NCBI RefSeq assembly: GCF_006345805.1
Contig: NC_043001.1
Coordinates: 126,976,001-127,040,000, forward strand
Direction of reading: 5' to 3'
DNA: 64,000 nucleotides
Origin: Octopus sinensis
Lineage: Eukaryota
The position numbers and the translations under genes were made by a program. Within the stretch, counting starts at the first letter, position 1, and every line of letters starts with the position of its first letter. Of the stretch, positions 37,646 through 52,671 are shown one piece after another. Under the pieces are notes generated by a model. It ran no database searches, was not told the origin of the DNA, and saw only the letters and a list, made by a program, of their open reading frames with translations.

Positions 37646-38718
37646 GTAATATTGAGCGGAGAAATAAATACACCACCAGTGGAGGCTGCCACCAACTGTG
37701 AGAGAATCAGTTACGACAGCAGTAATGAACGAAACAGCTGTTGACGGAGCAAAGGTGCAACAGTGAAGCTATTGTGACAATTGCAGATTTAGTTGTGCAG
37801 CAGCAGGGACCGTAAAAGAGTTGGCAGCAGTAGTTACACTAAAAACCATGGAACAGCAGCAATGCAACTGGAGCATTTACAGGATTATTTCTGCAGCAAC
37901 AATGGCAACCGAAAAAGCAATCATAATAAAAGCATTTTCGTTAACAGAAATGGTGCAACCATGACGCAGCTGCATCGGGAGAAGAATTACTTGTACCGGA
38001 GCAATGGCGCTCGTGAGGACTTCAATTGAAGCGATGGTAGCAGTACCAAAAGCAGTAGAAGCGGTTGTGACAGCAGTAATGGTGATGGCAGTTGACAGCC
38101 TTGGCTGTAGTATTGGTGCTAACAACAGCAATGGACAGCAATTGAACAACAGCAGCAATGATAACAACCGCAGGGACAGCCCCAACAGTCGTGATAATAA
38201 ATGTAGTAACATTTATGGCAACATCAAGTATAAGAGCATCTCTTAAAGTAACAACATTCAAGAACATCAGCCGTGAGGGCTGCACTGAGAGAAGATAATG
38301 CTTCTACGCAGCAACAATTACAAATTGTTTTAACAGCTATACTGAAGGTAATCTATTGTAATCATTTGAAGTAGACCAAAAATTGAACAGCACCAACTCC
38401 TTTCTTCTGGTAAAATGATGTAGCATACAGAGAGATATAGTGAATAGTCGTAGGTACCAGAAACAATAGAAAATTGGCGAGTGATTTAATAGTGTATAGT
38501 CTAATTATTAAAGCACCAATTCTCGTATAGGAAAAAGGCGTTGCAACACCTTCGAAACATGAAGAGAGAAGCGTCCAAGTGTGATATGTATGTACGTATG
38601 TATGTATGAATGTATGTATATTTCAGCTTTTCTAGCAATGTAGCTGTCACACCCTAGTCATATTTAGTGACAATTGTAGTTTTCCTTTTTGGTGACACAT
38701 TGCATACTGCTGTCTATG

Positions 38719-38749
<31 letters not shown>

Positions 38750-39380
38750 GGGGCGTTTTATTATTTACTTAATTTGTCAACTAGCTTTGTTACCATCTGG
38801 GATTACATAGTTCAAAACAGATAAAAAAAAAGATTGAAGATGAATATATTTTGGTACAGAGGCAATTTCTTCTGTCACTTTATCAATCTGCTACTACAAT
38901 ACAGATATTATAAAAAGCAACAGCATCATTATAGAAAACTCAATGAAAAACGTGGGTTAAAAGACAAAAAAAAACCGTTTAATTTAGAAGCTGACGCTGA
39001 AATGGTAGAAAGAGATTTTGATGACTGATCTGAAGTTAATTTAGTTTTAATCAACGATATTTGGATCAATTTGGCAAGTGGGTTGCAGAGTAATCTTAGA
39101 AGCTGATCCTGACAAAATTATGTTGGTTTAATAACAACCATATTCCAGGTGAACTCACCTAAACAAATTGGAAATCTGTCACCTATGAAGAGTAAACATT
39201 GAAATCTTCCATTTGAAAAAAGATATTAACCCATCCTTACTTCTCGAATATAATGGCTTCATTATAGTTTCAACTATTTTCTACTGTCATAATTTTCACA
39301 CATGGCCAGATAGCTTTGAGGAGAAGGAATTGAGGTCGATTGCATCGACTGGTACTCATTTTATCAACCAGAAAGGATCG

Positions 39381-39633
<253 letters not shown>

Positions 39634-41462
39634 ATGAAAGCGAAATGGAATGAAATAGGACCCTTCGAAATAAGTGGGCAACGGTTAGCTGACCAGGCAA
39701 GGACAATATGAACAAAATGGTGGTGAGATACATGGAAATTGAAGAGATAAAAAAGGGAAGTAGAAAATAGAAATAATACTTCACCAACTGATTCACTGCC
39801 CAATGAGAACATAGAAATGAATGGTGGCAGTGATAATGTAGCGCAAAGTCTAAATGTAAATGCATTCTCAACAAAGGAGGCAGAATGGGAAGAGCTATAC
39901 CACAAGAATACGATGATGACCAACAAGATATAGTGAGGATGCTGAGCTGATATATTTGAGAGGACCAGGATCAAGCACCCTCCAATCTGAGGTATATTGA
40001 TCGACGCAAGCTCAAAGTTGAAACCGAAAAGATAGATTCGGTCCTTGGGCTATTCCAGATAAGAAATATAACTGAAACTAACAAGATTATTTGCGCAGCA
40101 CCTATGGTTGCTACAGATAGAGGCAGATACAAAAGAAGAGAACAAACAGAGGGTAAAGAACCATTCTGGCGTAGACGAGTTTGTGAAAAACAAATAAAGT
40201 TAAAAAGACATTTAGGACAAGTTGATAGATTGAGTAGAGAGGAATTTGCAGAACGAAAGCATAAGAATAATACTGGAAAGAACATATAGAATAAGAGATA
40301 AAGGGTGTGGTGTATTATCGGAAGAATTGAAACAAAGAGTAGTAGCAATCAAAGGAAAAGTGGGAAGATATGACAATAGAACAAAACACTTCAAGCAAAA
40401 CAGATAGTTTGAAGCAAATCAGAAGAAACTGTTTCAGAAGCTAGATGGGCAATCACACGCAACAATGATACTATATGCAGAGGGAAACAAGCAATTCTGG
40501 AGAGGGATCTGGGACTAACCTGTAGAGAACAATGATGAAACGGAGTGGCTGCATGAATTCAAGGTAGATTAAGATTCATAGATGTCCAAGACATAAAGAT
40601 AACTACAGAAATGACAAAAAAGCAGTTTAAAAAATCCCAAATTGGAAGAGCCCAAGCCCGGATGGCATCCAAGGTTATTGGATGAAGAAGCTGAGGGGGC
40701 TCCATAAAAGGATAGCGCATCAGCTAGATGAGTGCTTGCAGAAAGGTGCAGTCTCCAGCTGGATGACAAAAAGAAGGACATTGTTGTGTGCCAAGGATCC
40801 TGAAAAGGCAAATGTTGCATCTAACTTTAGACCAATAACGTGCCTTCTGCTAATGTGGAAACTAATGTCCGGTGAGTTGGTCGATGAACTGTATAGACAC
40901 CTGGAAAACAGTGGGCTGCTACCTATTGAACAGAAAGGGCATCGAAAGAGGAGCCGGGGAACGGAGGATCAGCTCTTAATTGATAATCTAATTAGGAACT
41001 CCAAGGCAAGACACACAAACCTGAGCATGGCATGGGTTGACTATCGTAAAACATACGATATGATACCACACTCCTGGATAATAAAAACAATGGAAATGTA
41101 TGGATTAGCAGAGAATATGAGAAGCCTTATATGGAATAGCATGAAATGCTGAAGAACGGAATTGACAGCACGGAATCAAGTATTAGGAGAGGTGAAAATA
41201 AAGTGGGATATCTTCCAGGCGCAGTGTGTCCTTACCGATCTTCGTGCTGGGAGTGATCCCCTTAATTGAAATACTAGAAAAAACATAGTTGGAGTATGGT
41301 CTGAGAAGAGATAAGGGAAAACTGAACCACTAACTATTCATGGACGAAGCTACTCACAAAAGCTGGGGCAGAACTGTCCAGTCTGCGCGGATTTTCTCCA
41401 ATGATATTAAGATGGAGTTTGGCCTCTTAAAATGTGCTACGATGGTGATGAGGCGAGAAAAG
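39634..41462 (+). mobile_element. R4/Dong-type LINE, N-terminal region and most of RT, decayed
   Basis: QRLADQARTI; KEPFWRRR; KQRVVAIK...KQNR*FEANQKKLF; NFRPITCLLLMWKLMSG...QKGHRKRSRGTEDQLLID...MAWVDYRKTYDMIPHSWI; LFMD; DIKMEFGLLKCA. Confidence 0.88.
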
Positions 41463-42291
41463 CTTTTCTTTATCCCATTTTAAGGTAACACTTGTGTGCT
41501 GAGGATACTGCAGTACTCCGTCTCAGACAGCAGGATTCCATGTCTTATCAGGCAATGAAGGAGTTCTGTATGTGTTTCGGATCCTTCCACTGCGAAAGCA
41601 GAGCTTGCCCAGGACCACCTACCAATGTTGGCAACAAAACTCCCGCACAACTGAACGAGCTTTGTTGAGTCAGATAATGCCTCTCTGGGCCTGGAGGATA
41701 CATGTCTGAAATATTTCTTTATGTGATTCTGCAATCGATTCTGCAATAACGACCACTGGATTGCCCGATGGAAAATGATATACAGATAAATTTATCCAGA
41801 GAAACAGCAATTGAAAAGTTATTTACTTATAATCAATAGCGAGACAGCCTCATAGAAGAAGAAATAGAATAATCAACAAAGTGGCAAATGAAACAACGAC
41901 AACAGAAAATGCCGATCTAAAACAACATTTGAAACTAGTTCATACAAACTAGTAGCTATAGACGTACGAATAAAACCGATACAAAAAGGGCAGAACCAGC
42001 TATCAAAAAAATATGTAGCCAGAGGTTCGGTGTAAATGGGAAAAATCTTTTAAGATAAGAAATTTATTTTAAATAACATATATCGTGCTTAGAGAACTTT
42101 GTTCCTCTCAAGTTGTAACATTTGAATCTATATATACACCTTGTATGTATGTGTGTGTGTGTGTATACGTAATACACATATACGCATATATGTATATATA
42201 CATACACACATGCATATACATTTATATGTATGCGTATGTGTTTGCGTGTGTATATATCTATTTATTTATAATAGTTTTCCACACCCACACC

Positions 42292-42347
<56 letters not shown>

Positions 42348-42380
42348 TGTATGTATGAATGTTTATCTATCTGTATATCT

Positions 42381-42417
<37 letters not shown>

Positions 42418-42779
42418 ATATAAATAAATATATACATAGCGATTTATAGATATATGTATTTATGTATATGTGTGTATATATACACTCATATACATGCATA
42501 CATTCAGACAGAGAGACAGGTACACACACACACACACACACACATACATGTCTCATGCTTATGTATGTATATATCGATTTATCTATCTGTCAATCTATCT
42601 GTCTGTGTCTCTGTCTCTTTTCCAATATTTTTTTTTTATCATTATTAAACCTATCAACCTTGATGAATCTTCCGACGCCATTATCTTCAGATTAATGTTC
42701 AAATCGCGATTCAATGATTGCTTACCGATCAGGATTTCCGCTATACCTCTTTAAGACTGTTCCACTCTATCTTAATCAT

Positions 42780-42802
42780 CGTACACACCACCACTATAAC
42801 CG

Positions 42803-42865
<63 letters not shown>

Positions 42866-42866
42866 G

Positions 42867-42907
<41 letters not shown>

Positions 42908-42930
42908 GATTATTATTATTATTATTAAGT
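42780..42930. repeat. (TTA)n microsatellite
   Basis: Directly visible. Confidence 0.95.
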
Positions 42931-43519
42931 AGTGCTCCATTTGTTGCGTATGTTAGTCCTATTTTTTATTGCTTGAACTCTGTGTTTTGGGTATGTTTTC
43001 TGTTGTATAGGAAGTACTCTACAAAGTGGTTTTATACATCGTATATTGTATATGAGTGTAATACTGGAGTTTGAGGTTAGCATATTTTTTTAGTAATTCT
43101 GAAAGTATTTGTTGTTAAAGATATCGTTTATATTTTCAGTCGCCAAATTTGGGTTGTTTCTGTTTCCAGGTAGCTTTGGATAAAAAAAAACTCAAATCCT
43201 AATCGATATAAACTATCGTATAGTATGACTAATGCTTCGATCATAAGAAATTCTTGTGACAACTATGCGGTCAGATTAATTTCTATCTTTGGTTTGGTAT
43301 AAGGTCATGTTGTCATGTTGTGAATCCTTTTTCTAATGTATGCTTGTACTATATGTTTTAAACTCAGTATTTCGTATAAAGCTGTCGTAATTCACTGTAC
43401 ATAGCTTAAACATCGTGATAATTTAAATTGTACTCTCTCTAGGTTTGAACTGGTCAATCAGAAACCCTGAAATTAATTGTTTCTATTGTATCTCCACATT
43501 TTCTGCAATTTTCTGCAAT

Positions 43520-46080
43520 CGGTCTCTACACAACAATGGTAAAGACATGTCTGTAATTGGGCTCTACAAACCCCAAAAAGCACCCTTACACTATTTCCAA
43601 AAGTGCATCGAGAAGATCAAACCTTTCCTCCTGCAATGTAATCCAGGAAATATTCTGAAATATTCTGATGGTGGGCGACTTCAGCCTACCCCCTGTAGAT
43701 TACTCTACTAATATTGTTAGACCAAGAGCCTTCACCTCAAGCTCAGACAAAGCAACAGTGGAGTCACTTTTTAAATTTATAGATAAGTTTTTTCCTGTCA
43801 CGATTCGTCTATGAACCAACCAGAAACAACCAAAGTGTCTTAGACCTAGTGCTAAGTAACCATACTAACGCTGTTCATAACATCACAGTGGAAAGAACCC
43901 TCCTGTCCGATCTTGACATAGTAGTCTGTAGCCTCAATCTTCAGCATCCAAAAATTTGGTATAAATCACTAACCCCAGTACACCCATTTAATAATATGGT
44001 CAAACTGGAGTGCAATCAACAACAGCAACAACATATCGCAAGTGGACTGGTCCTTTATCCTCGCTTTCTCTAATACCACAACAAGCACAAACGCATGGTA
44101 ACTATTTCAGGACACAGTTACCCATATATACTCAAAACACACACCCTCTCGACTCATAAAGGACAGCAGGATTCCAAAACAGAGAAAAGCGCTCAGCTGG
44201 AGGATAAAAAGAATAAACCGAAAAATCAATGCTCTAAAATACCACCATCAGCATCACCCCCAATTGAGAACATTAACAACCTTGGAATCAAAGAAGCAAC
44301 AACTTCAGGACTGTATGAGAACCCTTACAAACGACCAAAGTGTTGTAGAAGAAGCCTGGGCTATTAACAACATCAGGAATAATCCTAAGGTCTTTTACTC
44401 TTTTGCAAAACACATAGGACCACAGTTTCTTCTATCGGCTCACTGGTTGACAGAAACGGCATCCTTCAGGGTGATGCCAAAGACATGGCTGAGACCCTGC
44501 AAAGTCAATACTGCTCTGTTTTCAGTGACCCTGATTCAGTTGACTCAAGCAGCTTTGCTTCTTTGAATCCTCAACATGCCCTTTCCGACACAACCTTCGA
44601 CGCACTGATATCCTAGCAGCAATAAAAGAAATCGAACCTGATTCAGCAGTGGGTTTAGACAGGTTCCTTGCTAGAGTGCTGAAGGAATGCAGACAGCAAC
44701 TTGCAAATCTCTGGAGGATATCACTGGATGCCGGTTTTATCCCTCAAGACCTTCTCCCCCAGTCAGTCGTTCGTATCTTTAAAAAGAGGAATAAATCACT
44801 CCCTGTAAACTACCGTCTAATCTCACTCACCTCACATATCTTCAAAATATTTGAGAATGCTTAGATCGAGAATAATAGCCTTCCTAGAACAGAATCATCT
44901 AAATTGCAGCCAGCATGACTTTTGGGGTGGGAGGGACTGTTTAACACAGCTCCTCCACAACTTTGATGACATCTTAAATGCACTAAGTTAGAGCTCCAAC
45001 GCAGATGTTATATATCTTCATTTCAGCAAGGCCTTTGACAGAGTCGGCCACAATATATTAAGGAAACTATCCAACGCGAGAGTCAGTGGAAAGCTACTGC
45101 AATGGATTAGGTATTTCCTAACAAAGAGGACCCAGCATCCACTCAAAACTAGCAAGGGCCATCAGCGGAGCCCCGCAGGGTACTGTGCCTAGTCCACTTC
45201 TTTTTATTGTCTATATCAATGACATTGCAGATTCCATTGAACATAGCACCATTAAAACATTTGCTAATGACTCTAAGCTCCAGAAAGTCATTAAGGGAGC
45301 AAATGATCGATCGATGATTCAATCGGTCACAGGCGCAGTAACCCATTGGGCACAAAAAAAAAAACAATATGCAGTTGAACGAAGAAAAATTTGAGCTCAT
45401 CCACTTTGGAAAAGAGGGCACACTCAAACAATCATATACACTAGCGTCGGGAGACCTACTCGAACTGTCGGATAATATCGGAGACTTAGGTGTAACTGTC
45501 GACAGCAGCCTTAGCTGGAGTGTGCACATCAACAAAATAGTCGATGTTGTCGGCAGAATGTGCTCATGGATCCTCAGAACTTTTCTATCTAGGGATCATG
45601 AAACCACCATCCTTCTCTTCTCTACATTCGCTAGACCTCACCTCGAATACTGCTGCTCTTTGTGGTCCCCCTAAAAAAGAAACAAGACATAATGAGGATC
45701 GAAGCGCCACAAAGATCAATCATTAAAAAAATAAATGGCATGATGAGACTTGATTATTGGGCTCGACTAAAACAGCTGTAACTATTCTCTGCAACGCCGC
45801 TGTGAGCGATTCATTATTTGAACCATGTGGAAAATATTTCACCAATATTTTCCAAATGATATCGGTATTATGTTTTCAATTCACTCAAGACTGGGCCCGT
45901 GTCAGTGCTTCCCCTACAAAGGTCGAGATCAATCACATAAGAACATTGCGACACAACTTCTTCACTGCAAATGGTCCTGCACTTTTTTCAATGTTATCTC
46001 GAAAGAAATTAAAGTAGAAAAAGACCGCACAACTTTCAAACGGTACCTGGACAATTTCTTTGACCTAATTTAGGATTTAG
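43520..46080 (+). mobile_element. Near full-length ORF2 of a CR1/L2-group LINE (APE endonuclease + RT), decayed
   Basis: APE motifs LMVGDFSLP and LDLVLSNH...LLSDLDIV; RT motifs NYRLISLTSHIFKIFE, ADVIYLHFSKAFDRV, SGAPQGTVPSPLLFIVYINDI, FANDSKL, DLGVTVDSSLSWSVHI, RPHLEYCCSLWSP; many stops and frameshifts. Confidence 0.9.
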
Positions 46081-46341
46081 TATTCATGATTCGAAATTCA
46101 AATCTAGGGTCATTATATGGTCAACTGATAACCTTTTTTAAGGCTGTATCATGTTTCCAAATTTCCAACTCCCATGCTTTGTACTCAAAAGCTATGATCC
46201 CCTGTCACACATAATAATAGCTAAACCAACATAACCCTAGTTCGCTTTAAACCACGACTGTGACTAAACCTTAAATAAAGCTGCATAGACTCTTAACCAG
46301 CTGGATGAAACTGGGTGCAAATGCGATTGTGAGATATTTAA

Positions 46342-47166
46342 CCCCTTAATGGATCAATTATTTTGACATGGCGTTTCATTTCAGAGCATATTTTTTTATT
46401 TCCTTTTTTAAATATATACACTGTTAATTACAAAAAAAAGTTTTTTTAATTTTGTTTCCTTTATTCTTTATTATAGAAATTAAAATGTACTTTTACTAAT
46501 TTGGATTTAAACGAGTTAACTCGGACATTGAAAAAATACATATAACTTAACTGTCATCGATTTTTTTATAAGATGTATTGCTTTTAAATCAAACAAAGTT
46601 TATTTAGAATATTTTTTTAAACGAGGAGTTACATAGTTATCTTGCAGACATCACTCATATATCTGCTTTCTCTTCGAATCTTCTTTCCTTTAGCGTCTCT
46701 CTTCTCTGCGCATTTTGCACACTGTCTTGTAGGGTTCATTTTCTTATCACTTGGTGGTATTTCCATGGGAAAGTGACCAGCTGGGGCAAATCTTGTTGGA
46801 TGTAGTCGATGATGGTCTTCCTAGTTTCGCGGGAGGCAATAAGGGCCTATATTTTTCAATAATCTTGGTGATTATTTGGATTCTAAATTTCAGGGGTTTC
46901 ATAGCAGAAGCTGAAGTTTCCAAAGATGCTTTATACAAAACATAAGCATTCCAGATAGCCAAATCCATCAAATGAAAAAAAATATATTTATTTTGTTTTT
47001 AAACAACGCATGTAAATTCGTGATTGCTCAAAAATGAAACGACACAAAACAAATAAACTCGTTTGAGTGCTAAAATTAAAAGTTAATTCTGACCGAGTAA
47101 ATACGTCTGGTTCTAAAAAGATACATTTGCGATGCACGAGTAAACTAGGGATAATTCATTAAGGGG
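46342..47166 (-). mobile_element. Internally deleted piggyBac element with intact ends
   Basis: TTAA|CCCCTTAATG...CATTAAGGGG|TTAA (TSDs 46338-46341 and 47167-47170); minus strand HLMDLAIWNAYVLYK...FRIQII and, after a frameshift, GHFPMEIPPSDKKMNPTRQCAKCAEKRDAKGKKIRRESRY (C-terminal cysteine-rich domain). Confidence 0.92.
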
Positions 47167-47438
47167 TTAAATTAAATATGCTGCATAATTGACTGTAAAA
47201 ATAAATATGTATAGATGTATTATTCTCCGTATTCATTGTAATTGTCATGGAGATACATTCGATAAACTATTTATAATCCAATGAAATGAACCTTCGGATT
47301 AAATACATTGGGATCGCTTACCCCAAATAATCATAGGTTTTACTTACCACTTGATACAGTTACCCATAACTTGGATTATAATTCAGTGCTTGAACGGTAT
47401 CCGTCAGGATATATTATCCCTATCTATCTATCTATCTA

Positions 47439-47518
<80 letters not shown>

Positions 47519-47520
<2 letters not shown>

Positions 47521-47715
47521 GCAGCGAGCTGGTTGAAACGTTATCACACCAAGCGAAATGCTTAGCGAAATCTAAGTTGAAATTCCCTCGATGTCGACTC
47601 TGCCTTTCATCCTTTCAGGTTCGATAAATTGAGTACCAGTTGCCCACAGGGGGCCATCTAATCGACTGGTCCCTCCCCCAATATTTCGGGCCATGTGCCT
47701 AGATTAGAAAAGAAT
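47519..47715 (+). mobile_element. Diverged SINE family A-related copy
   Basis: aggcagcgagctggttgaaacgtt...tgcctttcatcctttcaggttcgataaattgagtacc. Confidence 0.8.
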
Positions 47716-48438
47716 ATCCCTATCTATCTGTTATTCTATTTACCTATGTAGCTATCTATCGATCGATCCATCATCCAGCTGTCTATTCTACACACACACA
47801 CACACACACACACATAAACACGCACACATAATCATGTAACTGTAACCTGTAATTATCGATTGAAGTAACTACTCCTACTACCAACTTTAGAGTAAATAAA
47901 CAAAATAAACAAATAAATCATCAAGTAAATGCATGTTTCTCAAGTTTATGTCGAATTCCAATCATTATGGGACTGATTGATTGATAGCACTGATTGACTG
48001 TTTAAATCTTTCATCGATTCATATCAAGCGATTCACAGACTTCATTTACTACGAAGCTCTCATTGTTTCAGTTCCTTTTCGTTTCCTCTGTTGATTATTC
48101 TGTATTATAGGCATTCATTAGTGTTTTGTCTTAGTCTCTTGTGACCGATGTTTTCATTATATATTTATTATTCTTAATTCTTTTACAGTTGTTGTTCCTG
48201 TCGTTGTTGTAGCAGATGGTGTTGAATCGCCTAAATTTTTCCATAATTTTATTCTTTTAAAAACTCAAATCTCTAAGCAGCTACATACATACACAAACAC
48301 GCATATATATACACAATCCTATATATCTACATGTAATTATAAGAATACATATATGTGTATATACATATACATACATACATACATACGTACATACTTGCAC
48401 ATGCATGTATATATACATAAAAATTCATGAGCATATGA

Positions 48439-48533
<95 letters not shown>

Positions 48534-48536
<3 letters not shown>

Positions 48537-48873
48537 GGCGCATGGCTCAGTGGTTAGAGCGTCGAGCTTACGATCGTGAGGTTGTGAGCTCGAATCCCGG
48601 ACGGGGCTGCGTGTTGTGTTCTTGAGCAAGGCACTTTATTTCACGTTGCTCCAGTTCACTCAGCTGTAGAAATGAGTTGCGACGTCACAGGTGCCAAGCT
48701 GTATCGGCCCTTGCCTTTCCCTTGGACAACATCGGTGACGTGGAGAGGGGAGGCCGGTATGCATGGGCGACTGCTGGTCTTCCATAAAACAACCTTGCCC
48801 AGACTTGTGCCTCAGAGGGTATCTCTCTAGGTGCAAACCCATGGTCAGTGCCTGACCGAAGGGGGTCTTTACC

Positions 48874-48877
<4 letters not shown>
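48534..48877 (+). mobile_element. tRNA-headed SINE family C
   Basis: A box TGGCTCAGTGG, B box G(C)TCGAATCC, followed by tgttcttgagcaaggcacttt...cactcagctgtagaaatgag; inserted in (TA)n. Confidence 0.88.
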
Positions 48878-48918
<41 letters not shown>

Positions 48919-49510
48919 ACATATATATATATAATACATATATATACATATACATATATACATATAAATATATATGTGTGTGTGTGTATGGGTACATATA
49001 CATCTACCTGACCATATATGTACATATGTATATATACAAATACATTTATATATATTGTATATATGTAGGTATAAATACACACATATATATGCATATAGAT
49101 GTGTATGGATGGATATATACATATATAGAGACACTCACACACATATATGCCTGCAAATGTATGTATATGTATGGATAGGTATACATGTGAATGCCTACGT
49201 ATGTCCGTATATGTGTGTATGTGGTGTATGTGTGAGTGTGCTGTGTGTAGTTTGGTTATACAAGATGGTTTCCAGCAGAACTCTGTGTGGATATCAGCTA
49301 TCCGCAGAGAATATATATCAGTTTTACAATTAACACCACCTGTGTAGTTTACAACTTTTCTGCTTTCGCTTGGAACTTTATAACCGACACAAACAAAATA
49401 TACACTGCATATAATTATATATATATATTTATATATATATCTATATATGTAATTATCTCCTTTCTATATCTCTTTCTCTCTCTCTCAGTCTCTTTCTCTC
49501 TTTCTCTCTG

Positions 49511-49565
<55 letters not shown>

Positions 49566-49769
49566 GTATACACAAACATATATATTATATACATATCCTT
49601 ATGTGTGTGTGTTGCTGACGTCAAATGAATTTAAAAGCTTTTGAGAAAACGCGAAATAATTATTCTTTGGAGTTATCTCAAAACAAATAAAGTTATAATC
49701 TTTTTCTATCCAACGGGTTTTTCTCTCCATACTTACGTGCAATTCTTTGTAGCTTTCTCTGCTTCGAGT

Positions 49770-50240
49770 CTCAGGTGCGGCTGTGTGGTAAGAATTATGC
49801 TTCCTAACCACATTGATTCGGATTCAGTCTCACTGCGTTGCATTCTGGGCAAGTCCCTTCTACTATAACCTCAAGCCGACCAACAGCTTGTGAGTGGATT
49901 TCGTAGACGGAAACTGAGAAAAGACTGTCGTATATACATCTAGAGTTGTGTGTGTGTGTGTGTCAGTGTGAGTGAGTGCGTGTGTGCGTGTGTATGTGTG
50001 TGCGTGTGTATCTGTATCTGTGTGTATGTGTGCGCGCGTGTCTATCTGTGCGCGCGTGTGTGTGTTGTGTGTGAGTCTGTGTGCACGTGTGCGTACGTGT
50101 GCCTGTGTCTGTTTGTTTCTGTGTTTGCTCCCGCCACCGCTTGACAACCGACGTTGGTTTGTTGTCTTCCAGTAGTTCGACTAAACCCTGCAAGGCAGTG
50201 GTCCAGTAGTGCCTCAGTCGAATGACTAAAACAAGTGAGA
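49770..50240 (+). mobile_element. SINE family B, diverged, with expanded internal (TG)n
   Basis: caggtgcggctgtgtggtaag...gggcaagtc...gacggaaactga...(TG)n...ttgacaaccga... Confidence 0.8.
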
Positions 50241-50454
50241 GATAGTAGACGTATGCTTAAATCCTTTAAAATGTTTTAGCCCGAAGGCCGCGGCCATGCT
50301 GGGGCACCACCGCTTACATAGTCATTTGTAAATAATCGTGAATTTATATGCACTAAATGTATCTCTAGGTATGTGATGTTTTTATGAAAGTCTGCTAATG
50401 TATATATGTATGTCTTTAAGAGTGTTTGATTCTCTGTATATGTTTGCATAATGT

Positions 50455-51890
50455 TTGAAATGCCGAACCGTTAAGTTACTAGGATATAAATACACCAACA
50501 TCGATTGTCAAGCGATGGTGGGGGAAAACACAAAGACATACACACACGTACATACAAATATATATATATACATATATATATTCGACAAGATTCTTTCAGT
50601 TTCCATCTACCAAATCACTCACTAGGCTTTGGTCGGTCCGAGGCTTTAGTATTAGGTTGTCACACGTGAAATGTCGTATTTGAAAGGTAGCAATAAAATG
50701 TTCCAGAAATGTTAGAGAACTGATTTATTTAATCAAATTATGATCCATGTTCATTTATGACCTTTACCCAACGTTTCTCTAAGTCATATATTCCATCTTT
50801 TAAGAGAATTTCATCTTTTGCTGTGATAAACTGTCCGAATGCTTCAATTACCTTTTCCCTGTTTAAGAATGCTTTATTGTGTATGAAAAGCTCAAAATGC
50901 TTAAATAAGTAAGAGAGATATCATGGGAATAAGGAGGATTTTGCGAAATCTCATAATTCAGTCTTTGCAACTTTTGGACCGTAGCTTCAGAAGTTTAAGG
51001 ACGTGCATTATCATGGAGCAAAATTGGGCCATCTCTATTCACTAGTCTGAGTTGCTTCTTTTTCAAATTCTCATGGATACAATCAATTCCCGAGCAATAT
51101 GATGTTGCTGTTATCGTTTTCCCTTATTGCAAAGATGACTAATGAATAACCACCATACAGGGACCACTAACTTTTTAGGGTGCAATGGTGGTTTTGGGTA
51201 GTGTTTAGGTGACTCTCCTGACTCTAATCACTGTCCTGTTCTCCTACTGTCGTCAAAGATTTCTCACCACTTCTCACCACATGTAATGATTCGATGCAAA
51301 AATGATTATTTTTCCAGTCGAGAAAGCAATAAGGAGCATACTTCAAGACGCCTGTTTTGGGGTTCTTTTTTTAATCTCTTTCAGCTGATGTGGAACAAAC
51401 CTATCCATTTCTGGACTTTTCCAATTTTTTCAGGTGTCGAGATGTTAGGAGTTCTGATGAAAGTTTATGGACCGTCGTTCTCGGATTTTGTTCAACCAAA
51501 ACATTTCATCACCATCTGTGAAAAGTTCTGATGTCAACAAAACCATTAGCAAAGCCCGCTTGATATTCCGTAGAGCTTCCGCGGCAGAGTGACACAGTTT
51601 GCACTCATACAAGAAAATAACTCAACATTGTTTGCTGTTATCATTTTCATAAGGCCTGTGAGTACGAATTTTGTATACCAATATTGTTTGGAAAGAAAAA
51701 GAGTCAAGATTAAATGCAAGGGTATACATAATTGAGTTTTTAAATGACTGAAATGGCAAGTAATTAAAAATGCAACATTTCGTGTGTGATAACCTAATAG
51801 AAGATACTTGCCCAAGGTGCCAGACAAGGGGACTGAACTTTGAAGAGTATGGTTAGGAAGCAAGCTTCTTACGACACAGACATGCCAATG
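50455..51890 (-). mobile_element. SINE family B split by a mariner insertion (SINE parts 50455-50651 and 51798-51890)
   Basis: The consensus gaggctatagTAgaagacacttgcccaagg is reconstituted when 50652-51797 and one TA are removed. Confidence 0.85.
50652..51797 (-). mobile_element. mariner element with both ~30-bp TIRs and TA TSD; transposase decayed
   Basis: TA|TTAGGTTGTCACACGTGAAATG...catttcgtgtgtgataacctaa|TA; minus-strand remnants LYECKLCHSAAEALRNIKR, LHRIITCGEKW, LHDNARP, PPYSHDIS. Confidence 0.92.
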
Positions 51891-52259
51891 TTTATTTTTG
51901 TGTTTAAATGTATGTGTGTATAGATGTGAGATGCTGTGAACGTGAATAATCTTATGATATTTTACTCCGCTTTCAAACAGTACTAAAGTTAAAGTTGTTT
52001 GTTATTCAAACTTCTTGTCCTGAATACAAACATTTCAACGAAAATTTTTCTTGAAATACTTAAACAAAACCAAACTTGACAAGCAGAACCAACAAAAATA
52101 CAGAAACAAATAGAAAATACAGAAATAAATAAAAATGTATAAATATATTAATTAAATCAATCGATAAAAGAGCGAATAAATCGATCCTGGATAAATCAAA
52201 AGAGAATTGACAAACTTCTATACACCTTCGTTTAAAAACATATCGCAATGGGCATTTTC

Positions 52260-52560
<301 letters not shown>

Positions 52561-52635
52561 TATATCTGTTTGTGTACATACATATACTATATATACTAGG
52601 TGGATACATCATACACACTTATACCACACCACAAT

Positions 52636-52671
<36 letters not shown>

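Noticed and set aside
37793-38285. Gln/Asn/Ser-rich ORFs
   Set aside because: Degenerate (CAA/CAG)n low-complexity sequence next to decayed SINEs.
41480-41746. GC-richer ORF after the Dong fragment
   Set aside because: No recognisable domain in any frame; probably another unclassified repeat fragment.
48534-48610. tRNA gene (also heads at 32830-32900, 55785-55855 and 10015-10085)
   Set aside because: A/B boxes are present, but the heads run directly into SINE bodies found in multiple copies, often with TSDs, and a full cloverleaf acceptor stem is not evident.
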